Assembly (NCBI GenBank): GCA_051294905.1
Contig: CM119383.1
Location: 2,852,001-2,916,000, forward strand
Direction of reading: 5' to 3'
Source: Botryllus schlosseri
Taxonomy: Eukaryota
DNA length: 64,000 bases
Shown piece by piece: positions 1 through 12,400 of the stretch. The position numbers and the translations under genes are program-made. The notes beneath the pieces were generated by a model that was not told the origin of the DNA, ran no database searches, and saw only the letters and a program-made list of their open reading frames with translations. Within the stretch, counting starts at the first letter, position 1. The number at the start of each line of letters is the position of its first letter.

Positions 1-3000
1 ATTGATATCGTCCGTCGTTCTGCCCTGGGCTCTCATTTCGCCGAATCTTTTCTCCGCTTTTTCCCATTTCTCCACGTAAGCGTCCGCAGTTTCACCCATA
101 ACTCCAAGGGAAGTGTAACTGCGATGAGAGCATGATTTTCACTGGTCAGAATTGAGCCAGATTTGGTGTGCAACGTTTTTTTTTAGTTAACCTAACAGTT
201 TAATCAGTGAATTCCCAGAATCTGGAAAAAAAATTGGTTGAACAACCTTAATGTCCAGTGTCAAATCTGGGCCGTGCCAACGCTATTTAGATGTATTAAG
301 GTAATTTCTAAAAATTCACCAAATTTCATCTATTGTAGGCTCTACCTGTGCTGCATTTCAGAACCGGGCAATGTCAGCAGCTGATCCAATCTCTTCAGCC
401 TTCGCATATCTTTTTCCGACCTTTTCATATCGTGAAGATGCTTCTCAACAACTTGCCCGCCAACCGCCATACCTGGACTTTCCCGTTCTGGCCAAAAGAG
501 AATCAATCGCATTTTGCTAGAGCGATAAGTTACACACTAGATTACAACATACTAGTTGACACCGTGCAATACCAGGCTTCCAAATAACTGACAAAGCAAC
601 AAATAACAGATTTGGTGTCCAGCGCAAAGTGTGACATGATTTGTTTGAAAATTTGAGAGTTGACGTTTGTATTTCACATGGTCCCAAATAATCCACGGTT
701 TCTTAAAAATTGTTATTGGCTAGCTAAAATGCGACATGGTGATTTCACAAGACTGTCTAAGAAGTGATCATTTTAATATGTGCAATTTGAAATATGCGCA
801 CTTGAAGAAAATATAAAAATAAAGAGTAGAATATTGATATTTATCTGTTTCTATATATATTTATTGTGAGAAATTGTTTCCACATAGATAAATATTAATT
901 ATTATTATTAATAACAACATATAACTGAAGATAAATTGAGCAAATTGCCTATTTAATGTCAATTTATGTAAGCGCGTATCAAACTGGTAGCCCTTCGCAT
1001 TAATCAGTAGGCCTACCCAAGAAGTAGCTCTTGGTTTCAAAAAGATTGGTGATCCCTGGTTTACATAATCACACAAATAGAGTTACCTGATTTCGATTTT
1101 GCCATCTCAGTGAGTATAATGTGTCGCAGCATGCTATACTTGACGTCAAGAGCAGAGAGAAGATCGCCGACCGATACAACATTTTTCAGCTCGGTCGTGA
1201 TTGTTGGTCGTTTCATTTCAGTGCCGTCGTCGTAGATCACGGCTTCAGCTCCACCGAAACTCCATCTATTGCAAAACAGCAAGCCTATTTATTACTACCA
1301 GAAGTGGTCAAAGTAGTGCGCATTGTTACTAAAGTAGAAGTAACGCAGCAAATTTCTACTTAATTATAAGAAGAATTTCCAATTTCAAAGACATATAAAA
1401 ACTATGAAAATAAACCCGAATATTTTCGGCTGACACTCGTCAGGGGTAATGACAGCAACTAGTAGAGAATTAGAAAGAACATTGCCTATCACCAATCGTA
1501 TCACAAAATATGACGTCAGCAACATGGAATGTCGAATAATCGAGGCAAAGAGATCGCTTAAGCTTAATGTACCACTGTGTAAAATTGATTTTTTTTTCAA
1601 GTAATACTGTGCGTTTTACATGTTTTGAAATTGAGATGTCGTTTATGTCAAAACTTTGGTTTTTGATACCTTGAATCATTTTTGAGGCAAAAAAAACAGT
1701 CCAATCAACGTGAAATTTTGAAGTGCCTTGGGAAGCTTAACAAGATAAAAAGGTATATTTTTAGATTCATCAAAGTCAAAAATTTGCAATCTTTTTTAAA
1801 TTTTTCAAAATAACCCTTATTTTGTATAAAAAACTTTTCAAATTCGTATTTTGGAAATCACGGTGAAAAAAATTCACTGATACACTTTGCCACAAGAATT
1901 TTTGACAAAATTTGTTTCATAAATCATGGAAACACGGTAAACGTCAGAAAAATAGTCGGCCATTTCACACCAATTTTAACCAACGTTAGAATGTCCACTG
2001 AAGCACATTGTGTGCAAATTTCAGAATGATTGTTTTACTAGTTTGAAAGTTATAGGCCTATGACTGATTTTCCAATTCGAGGTGTAGCTTCACCTCGTAA
2101 GCCAAATGTAGTATTTCAGATGATACTCAAACTCCTTCTGTTGACAACTAGGTTGGCGTATTCTGATAAAAGTCGACTGCAAGGCACACAAATGAAAGTG
2201 TAAACGACCTGCCCTGACGACGCGAAATTTGTCATCTCGATAAATTTTCGCTTCAACAGAATTATCCAACAAATGTTTGCCAATGGCAGAATTCATGGCC
2301 GTTCAGATACTGTGATACAGGGGTTATTTCAAAGGAACCTTGCTATCCCTATGTAACAGTTAGAAGTGACATGATTCGGCTATATTAGTTTAATGTAATA
2401 TCCTTTTGTCACCTTCAGTTGAATAAATAAGGGAATCTGAGCCGCAGCGACAGAAATACATAAAAAAACTAAGATTTTTCAATTCAAGTATAGTGTAAAT
2501 TCAACGATAGCTGAAATCCAAATGACATTTCAATGATATATCAAGTAGACAGTAAGTATCGTCTACTAAGAGCTACTCTTTTGTGGAAGATCCCATTCAA
2601 AAAACTTATTGCCATGGTGAGATCACACAATAAATAATAATAACTTTTATACATTTGTGTTTATATACACAGGATGACAAAATACAACATATATGAATTA
2701 AAGAACTCTAAATGAAGTTATTTTTAACCTGTTCACAAGTCGATTTGTTTCATTCTTCACTTGTTCGTGGTATGCTTCTTGGTGATACTTCATTCGAGAA
2801 GAATATTCTTCATCATTCTATGATTAAAGATTTAATTCCATATAAGTGATAGTGGCATGTATAACATTCTTCTCTCAGAAAAGTATATAGTAGGTAGTAA
2901 CTTGTGGTAATTTAAGTTTTTATTGTGAACCTACAACCTGAAAACAACAAATTAGGTAGGCTAGTGTTTTGGGACATAAGAATGACACGTTTCCCATTCT

Positions 3001-4216
3001 GCTTCCTACTGATTTGAGACCAGCACCGAAATCAGCTGACATCTCGTCATACCAATATTCATACAGAAATTCCGACTCTGACTAATTGCCTTTCAAGTTT
3101 CAAAATCGTTGGAAGTTAAGCTATCTTAATGCTATTATAATCATGATACAAGGGCAATAATGTCTCGACAGGGAATTGTATTCACCATAGTAATCATACT
3201 AAATTAATTATAACTATATTGTAATACAGCTACCATTTACTTTTAACATTGAGACTTATAGCAAGTTGAAAATCAAACCCTAATATAATTATAAAACTTC
3301 TTGACCGTACAAGGCTATAGACCAAGCTATAATATTTATACTGTAGAAGTACCTCCAGCATTCCCTTCATTTCTTCATATTTCTCAATCATGGCATTCTG
3401 CTCGTTCTTAGCGACGTTAATAAATTCTTCATCAACTGCATCATCATCAGTAGTAATTTCTTGTGGAGCATGATCTGCGGCAAGTTCACATAATAATAAC
3501 CAGATATGCATTTGCGACAATGTTGAACTTACCAGGAGAATATAAATATTGTTGAAATTCTGTCCAGGAAATGTTTGAGAATGGCTCTGATCTGGAGTTT
3601 ACCCATGCTTTCCATTTTTTCAAGGAGAAATCTGGTTGAGCTGACCTGATTAACAGAATGACATGTATTTCAGTGTTTCAATCCTTTATCAGTTAAATAA
3701 TCGGGCACAGGGCACTACACTTTAATATATATTGCTGCAGAAGATATTAATATTTTCCTTTTTTTACTGAGATGCAATAAATCATATAAATTGTAAACCA
3801 AAATTACCTTGCCAATAATAAGCTCTGTTTCACAGATATCATCTGATAACCATCTTCATCGAGGGCAATGAAATCCCAGTACAAGGATTCCTCTCGTTTT
3901 CTGCCTTCTTCGAGCTTTATAAGGACGTTTTCGAACTGAACTTTAATGCAACCCAACCCATTCGAAGCACCTCCATGGTTTCTCAACACGGCATTCAACT
4001 GGGATAACAATATGAAGAATTATCCACAATTAGGTTATATTTTCTGGTTGATACAATGAAACTCACCAATAAATCGTGCGCAGATTTGTAGAACAGGCTT
4101 TGGTAAAAAGTTCCAATCTCCTCTGCTGTCAGATATCCGCGATTTGACAAGTCGAGAACATCAAACATTGCACTGAAGTCATCGTCTCCTGGCTGCCCTT
4201 CATTGACGGGCGCCAT
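1..4216 (-). CDS. Uncharacterised EF-hand-containing protein, 3'-partial (continues beyond the left edge)
   Basis: Phase-consistent GT-AG exons: 4216-4067, 3998-3808, 3645-3533, 3474-3353, 3081-~3010 (donor uncertain), 2817-2729, 1265-1087, 487-346, 118-<1. Starts MAPVNEGQPGDDDFSAMFDVLDLSNRGYLTAEEIGTF, with EF-hand-like loop DLSNRGYLTAEE and a degenerate second loop DEDGYQMISVKQ, followed by helical charged segments. Confidence 0.8.
2090..2300 (-). mobile_element. Penelope-like retroelement fragment (GIY-YIG endonuclease C-terminus) in an intron
   Basis: Translation NSAIGKHLLDNSVEAKIYRDDKFRVVRAGRLHFHLCALQSTFIRIRQPSCQQKEFEYHL matches the SAIGxHL...FHLxxLExxxI...PxLCxQKxF pattern I recall for Penelope GIY-YIG tails. 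In-frame stop immediately upstream. Confidence 0.7.
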
Positions 4217-4689
4217 CGAGTATGCGGTTTTCAACAACTACTGTATAGTTAGGATGAATTGTACATATGTACCTAGTTTATGTAGCAAAATTATTAAGTT
4301 TAAATTAGTGAAATTGAAAGTTAAAATAGATATAAATACAGACACGAAGTACCATGAAGGCATGAATGAGGCAGCTCGTCGCATACTGACCGTATTTCAA
4401 GTTTGTTGAATAATATACTGAAATCGAAATAAACCCGAATATTTTTGGCTAACACTCGTCAGAGGTAATCGTCAGCTACCAATAGAGAATTTAAAAGAAC
4501 ATTGTATATCAATAACCGCATCATCAACGCTCGCCAATGTAAATATTACGCAGCGTCACTTCTCCATGACAGTTTACGGTTCAGCTATCATATGGCTCAT
4601 AGTGTCAGTGTAGTGTCAGTCACATAACGCATTCTTGTATGATCAAGTAAAGGTAAGGTAAACCTTAGTTATCTATAGTGGAAGAGTAT

Positions 4690-5040
4690 CTCGTCGGCTA
4701 TCCGATATAGTCGTCGAACATGTCCAAAGTCAAGTCCACTTTCAAGTCGAATTACAAACAATTTCTACTGAATAAATACTAGCCAGCCCTCAGTTTACCG
4801 GATCACGACCTGACAGATCGATTCGCCTTCAGACACACGCCACCTCATTTGTCGCCTGTCCTTTTGTATTTTATTCTTCTACTTTTCATTCAGTGTGCCT
4901 GTGCAACTGCGTAGGCCATGCCTACTCGTCACATCACAGGCGAGTGTCTTGATTTCAAAGACTACTCCAAGTCGTTTCGACACCCTCCTACCTTTTCATT
5001 TTAATGCAGTTTTTCAATAACCGTTCAGTGCTTCACTGTT
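4690..5040 (+). mobile_element. 5'-truncated LINE (CR1/L2-group-like) 3' fragment
   Basis: Encodes FKSNYKQFLLNKY* followed by a 3'UTR-like tract. Visibly homologous to 54185-54500. Confidence 0.6.
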
Positions 5041-6418
5041 AGAACCGCAGTTTACTACTACTCACTTAGTAATGCTTCCACTCGCCATCTAGATATAAGC
5101 ATTGTGCCATATCCTCTGAGCATAAAACGAAGTCAGCATTTGAGAATCCATAGGTATATTTGATAACGTCGGGAGCATAACAACAAATCCTCCAATTATG
5201 AGACGAGGACAGATTATGGAACTGCACGACTCCCTTGATACGGAGCATCATATAATAAACCATACAAGAAAAATTAAGATGAACAACATGTAAAATAGAT
5301 CTAAATAGCAAAGTGAACACTACAGGCATTACATTTCATAGCAATACCATATGTCTGGGATTACACATACATTACGATACATTGTTGGAACAGTAAAAAT
5401 TCGTCAACTAGTGTCACTTTTATCAAGGCATGAATTTCAAATATTTTGAGAAGCTGGTTTATTTGTGGAGTCACAACTAACTATACATTGCCTGCTTTGT
5501 TTTCAACGAGCAACAGTTTTCAGTCAGAAATTGTGAAGTCACCAACACTGCATCAGCTTAGTGTGCATTATGACAGGTACGTACAATAGGTGTATCTTGC
5601 AGTAGATGATTACAATGTTAACATGCTATATTATAATGTATAGTATACTACAGGGTGGTCCAATATGCGGAGCACTGAAGGGGCTGCAAAGGGGTAAACT
5701 CAATATCATCAGATTACAAAATTTTACATCCTAAGCTTTCTCTTCCTTCCGCAATTCCTCAAAATTCAATGCGGTAAGGCTATAGCAGTATAGGCTAGCA
5801 ACAATCTATTGGTAATGCCTGCTTATTATTGTGACAAATGTATGATTTAATGTCGATAGTCGACTGGCAATCAAGAACACTTAGTGCTCACCAATGTTGT
5901 TGTGCGAGTAAAAATCTTTTGTGGAAGAACTTTCTCAGTTATGAGCAAATACATCGGAAAATTACACACAAGGAAATTAATTCCGCGAATACCAGCATAA
6001 TCGTATAAATAACATGAAAATAGTCGGTGAAAGTCGGATTATGTTTTGAATTGAAATTGGTGGCCTAACAACTACAAGTACTATTCGGTGGCCGCCGAGT
6101 TAGGACCACCCTATCCGACCACGCAAGCCAAGTTACACTGTGCTAAATCGAGTACCATCGCGTAATAACCTTCTCGTCATGCAACCAATTGATAACAAGA
6201 AGAGTCAAATTATTCAATGTACCCAATGGTGCGGTTCATATGTCGAAATATGAAAGAGTTTGGGAAATTTCAGTCAATACTCGAGTTGGTTTGGAGTAGT
6301 CAATTCCTTACATCAGCTCCTTGAGTGCTGTAGATGTGCAATTCAACTACTGTGATAATATGCGAATAGGAGACTATCCGATGTCACCAACTACAAAAAT
6401 TATTCGGTTTCACAGTGT

Positions 6419-9400
6419 TCATAACTTAGGCGGTGTCCATTGGTAATCTGAATCGTAGACGTATCCAATCTTTTTCATGAACTCATCGGCTTCCTTCGGT
6501 CCACGTCTGTAAGAGAGAACATGAAATTGATTCATCACTCATAACGCACGGTTTCAGGCGCACAGGAAAATGGTTTGAAGACGATATGTAAAAGATTTTT
6601 GTCAAGTCCAGAAATGACTCAACAGCAAAAACAAAAGAGCAGGCCTGGAGTTCATACATACCAGGGCGATTTTTTTTGACATGTCAAGAAAGTCAAAATT
6701 TTGTCAAAATTGTAGCGTTGAAGTCCAAATTTTTTTGACCTGTGCATTTCGTTTGTATCTCAGATTTTGCACTGTCAGTGAACTTATCATTTGATATTTT
6801 ACAGCTTGTAGCCTACTTTATAGGCCTACCGTTGTAAACGGCCCATCGTCTGCTCATTGTGAATCATAAACGGTCAAATGAAACAAATAGGTGGACATGG
6901 TAAACGTACCACAATATCCTGACTGAAGCAAGACTGCTTGGGCATTGCATGGTTCTTATATCAAGAAGCGCATGATGATAAATTGTGATGCAGACAACAT
7001 TGTCAGAATGAAGCAACACAGTGTGTCACCAGTTGTCAGCCAACAGCTACTGCTGTTGAACGTTCTTTCCTCATTCTTGGCAAGCTACTTAGCAAGGACA
7101 GACACATTCTATTCGAAAATGTAGGAAAGTCTCTTTCGTTGTATTACAACAAATTTTAATTATTTCTACCATAATACGTGATGTAAATACTCAAATTCTT
7201 CATGGGGCCAGATTTCGTTAAAATAGTAGTTTTTTTCATGTAAAAATTTGTCAGTTTTTAAGCCAAAAACGTTTTTTCAGGCCAAACTACTTAGTAAGGA
7301 CAGACAGTTCCAACCAGAAATGAAGATAAGTAGTATAATTCTAACATTATGTGCGAAAACACCTAATTTGCATACGCGAGGTCAAAATTTGGTCTAAATT
7401 CATTTTTTTAGGAAAAAAAAGTCAAAATTTAGATTTTTTAGGTCAAAATCTTCCGTTTTTTAGGTTAAAAAAATCGCCCCAATGATGACAAACACTCAAT
7501 TACCTAGGTCTTCGATACCCAGCATTCAAAATGTATCGAGATACTGTCATTGTATCAGTATGATAGATAGTGTGAAAGAATTGCAGTAATTGTAGAAACA
7601 TGTATATTATTTTACAACAACATTTCAATCCTATTGTGATCAAACTCAAAGAAGTACACAAGTATTTTTACTGAAATCCTAGTTAATGTTTCTATCAAGA
7701 ACTCTCGCCCTTATCTCACGCGGAGTTTGTGTCGATGGGGTTCAACCGAAGCCAAATTCAATGTTGATCTATGAAATTGAGCAAAGGATTTTGACCCGGG
7801 AATGAATGTGGGGTTAATATAAACTATCAGGATCTTTCTTGTTTGGTACTATTATTTTAAAAATGACCGAAATTTCAATTTGACTGACCTCGGCTTCTAC
7901 TGGTTGGGATTGAGTCAAATTTGGTGTGCAACGTTTTTTTATGTAACCTGACGATTTGACAATTAAACCGATGAAATTTGAAAAAAAGTTTCTTTTGAAC
8001 ACCCCTCTTGAGCATGCATGTATCCATTCCTGGGTTGTAATGACTCGTGTCATCACCCGACTAGAGTCACAATTTTCTGATGACTCGACTTGACTCGAGT
8101 CATTTTCTCAAAATACGGAAATGACTCGACTCCATTCAATCTTTGTATTGACTCGACTTGGATTTGAGTCATTGCGCACGACTCGAACCATGTCATATGA
8201 CTCGAGACTCAGACGGCCAAGGCCGACATTTCATTGAAATTTCGAAGAATAGTAAAGTAACCACACTATCGGGATTTCCCCTACTGGTGCTGGTACTTGA
8301 AAATGCGACCAGACACTGCCAGAAGTGGGGAAAATTATTATATTACAAATGTGAATCATTTGATATAACCAAACAGAGTTATAAAAAGTGGGTTTAATAA
8401 GACTTTAACTGGAAACTGAGCAGTCAACACAATGACTTGGACTCGGACTCGAGTCACAATACCAGGACTTGGACTCGACCCTCTGCTCGCTGACTTGGAC
8501 ATGACTCGGAGGTGAATTGAAAATGACTTGACTTGACTCGAGTCAAAACTAAAACAGTGAGATTGACTTGTGACTTGGTTACAGTTATGCACATATTCAA
8601 GTTTCAAAATTATGGAGGGAATGTTCTAAGTGGCAGCACATCCAATTCTGATGTGAAAAACAAATCGCATACAACCATTAAGTTGCATTTTCTGATCGTG
8701 TTCAAGTAGAACAACGTTGCTATCGATCAGTCTCTGATTGCAAAATTATAAGATAAGATCAACTCGAACTACACTTGTTGAATAGTAAAATCAAAGCTAG
8801 TACATATGCAAATACTTACACTCCGAACTTGTAAGGAATAGGCTTGATTTTTTCGTTCTCAATCTTATGAAGGAGAGGTGTGAATATCCTCCAAGCTTCC
8901 GCCAGCTCATCACTGAAATCATACAAGACTACATTCATGTACCTGTTTCGGTTAATCATCACTATACTATTCCCTACTGCTATAAACACTCATAACGTGA
9001 CTCATGCACGATCAACTGAGCACATACCTGCGTACAAAATTCATTTGAGAGCCGGTGAACACATCGAGAATCAATCTTTCGTATGCGTCAGGCATTTTGA
9101 CTCCCTGAAATTTGAATACGGCGTCATCAAACAACATTGCGGCATGAAATGGAAAAAGGTCGGGCACCATTCAAAACCAAGTAACACGCTTCAATATTCA
9201 CATATGGACTGGACAATTCATTCTAAAAAACTTGCTTAACATCTTTTAGTATCATTTTTAGGAATAGTATGGGGAACCAAAGAAATGGAAAATGACTCGA
9301 TTCGAGTCAAAACTATTTGAGTCAAATTGACTTGTGACTTGGTTACAACCCTGAGTTGTAGAACAAAACTGCAAAATAGCATTTATAAATGGATGAACAG

Positions 9401-12400
9401 CGATGATGTTTCAAGCTACATCCCCCAACATAAAACAGAGCCAAAACTAATTTGATCAATATCATACTTGATATCTTCTGCTATACGTTAAATCCAGCTC
9501 CGTGCTGACTGGCTCCACCTTCACTCCAGGTGACTTTGTCATCATTTTCAGATAGACCGACTCGTTGGGTTGCACCCGAATCACCATCTCATTTCTCCTC
9601 AACGCCCCCTCGTCGAATATATCGCCGGGGACAGTCTTGAATTGAATTCGCACTTCAGCTTTGCGTTCGTTCAAGGCTGGAAGATTACAGAATGTTATTC
9701 TAAGTCTTCCCAAGTATGAAATAAGTAATAATTGTATACATATGCACAGATCTTGTATATGTATATCATGAGTCGGTGTATGCAAAATAATCGAGGACAA
9801 TAATATACAACGTCTTATCCCATCCTACATACGGTGTAACGTACAATCAAGTAAGCCCACACCCCATAACCAGGTAAATCTGGTGAGGATTAAAAAATAT
9901 ACGGAATGGGATAATTCATAATTTAAATCAGTGGTTCCCGGCCCTTTTAGATCGAGGACTGGTAAATCTAACATCCATCTCGAAAACAAATATTGGAAAC
10001 TTCAACGTAATGGGAAAGTTGCTGCTTCCATTTGATATTACACTTGTTATATGTGGTTATATTCATGTTTCTGGAAGGAAAATTTCCAGCAACTAACTTG
10101 GTTTGCATTGTTCAGTTTCTTCTGAAAAAACGCCACTTCACAGATCGGTAGCCTCTATTATACTGCCAGAATGGCGCTAACTTATACTTTCAGATGTAAC
10201 AAATTTCGTTTGAAATGTATTCTTAGCTTTCACACATAACTGGCTGTGGAAGAGTTGCAAGGCTACGACACTCGCAGCACCATGACGTATCCAAGACAAA
10301 AGTACACAGCGAGCTCTCTTTATGACACAATGCAGCAAATTATGATCCAAATTTCTAAATCGATTCAAAATTTGATATTTACTTACTCTAATTAACAAAC
10401 AGTCGCCTAACATCCAGCATTTTGCAATTGAGTTATGGCATCTTAATACATTTGAATAACCGGCAGCTGAGTTGACACCTACAGGTAGTTTAGAATCACT
10501 GAAATTTCACACCTTTTCCGCACTTCATAATGAACGGGACTCCGTCCCATCGTTCGTTGCAAATGTTGAATTTTGCCATCGCAAAGGTCGGCGTCACAGA
10601 CCCGGTCGGGACCGTTTTATCGTCCAGGTATCCCAACTTGGCTTCACCCTCTCCTTTCGGATCCCCAACGTACTGACCCAGGATCGCGTCTTCTAATTGC
10701 AACGGTTTGATGGACTTGAGAACTTTCACCTATATCATCAAGTTGGAATAGTCCAAATTTTGTGTAATATACCATATGGAAATAAACAAGTGCATTTGCA
10801 CCAAATATGTTGTCACTGGCATGAAAATCAGACAACGTGAATAGATGGCTTCAGTAAGTGTTCAAATTTTCCTGCGGATGAGTATATGGTGATACGATTG
10901 ATGACATGCAATGTTCTTTTCAATTCTCTACTAGTTGCTGACGATTACCCCCGACGAGTGTCATCCGGAAATGTTCGGGTTTATTTCAATATGAATATAC
11001 CATTTGAAAATATAATGGTTTGCGAATACCACAAACAGCATGTTACCTTTTCGTCTCTGAGATCATTCGCGTTCTTCGTGGCCGGCTTCTCCATCGCAAC
11101 CAGGCACAGCACTTGTAGTAAATGATTCTGCATCACGTCCCTGTTTGTGAAAAGCAACACCGTATAACTATCACTAGCAGAGCCTGACCGATATCGGATT
11201 TTTGATCCGATTATCCGGTTAGTTTCCAGTCACTAGTATTGAGGCATGAGATATCTACCTTATAATTCCAAATTCGTCAAAGTATCCGCCCCTCCCTTGC
11301 GTGCCGAATGGTTCTTTAAACGTCACGATCACAGATGCGATATTGTCCCGGTTCCATATCGGTCCAAACACTCTGTTGCCAAACCTGCCAAACAAGAAAT
11401 ATAAGTTGAAAACTGCAACGCACAAGCCACGTCACAACGAGGGCTCAGTCGGGCTAGGGTTAATTGTAATGATTATAGTCTAGTAATAAGCAACGACTTT
11501 TTCCAGAACTATAATCATACACTTTCCACTAAGACTAATATTAACAACGAGAATTTATAGCCATCATAATTTTTCCCAACTTGTAATCCTTGAAACCTGG
11601 ATTGGTTGTATCACAACATCCAAAACATCTACATAGGTACACACGTTAGTGGAGATTACATTGACGCAATGAAATAGGTATAGTCGATAAAACACCAGAT
11701 TACCTTTCTGGGATGTAGAGCTGGTATTCTATTCTTAATGGTTGCATAACAGTTACATATTTAAACTTTACATATCATCCATATTCTTCTGAGGCCGTAA
11801 CACTCCTAAGTGCTCATGTTGAAGTACATCTCAATCAGATGAAGCATTACCTCAAAACCAACAGGTTTTGCACCATTTCTTTTCCGAGGTAGTGGTCAAT
11901 TCGATAAAGTTGATCTTCGGTATACAGAGACGATAGATGAGACGACAATTCGGCGGAAGAATCAAAATCTTTCCCGAAAGGTTTTTCGACTATGATACGA
12001 TTCCACCCACTGGAAAAGAGAGAGAATATGTTGTGCTATGAATTACATGTTATACGAGTATAGGTATAAGTATTTCTATTCAATTACAAGTAGAAGTAAT
12101 GATTTCAATAAATGTCAAAAATCCTTTCAAAGTAGAAGTAGAAAAGGAAGGTTTAAAAGTACTAAGTAAACAGTTTCAAGACGTAGATTTGGTCGAGGAA
12201 TAACATATTTTAAAAGTTGATGGGAAGTAGCTATTTTCAGAATTGCATTGTGAATCTTTGTGACCATAATATAATGATTATTGACACTGCCAAATAATAA
12301 AATTTTCATAAATATATTCCGTTACCATGATATAGGGTTGTTTGACCCAGTTGTTATGACAACAACTAACATATTATGTAAACTTATCCAAAACCACTTT

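Noticed and set aside
5066-5329. 87-aa minus-strand ORF between G6PD and the EF-hand gene, ending at a gtgagt donor
   Set aside because: No recognisable domain. The candidate ATG exon (MASGSIT, phase 2) cannot splice in frame to the 4216 exon. At most it is a 5'UTR exon.
4217-6418. Possible G6PD/EF-hand operon (same strand; tunicates have trans-spliced operons)
   Set aside because: The 2.2 kb gap includes a LINE fragment, and there is no sequence evidence for polycistronic organisation.
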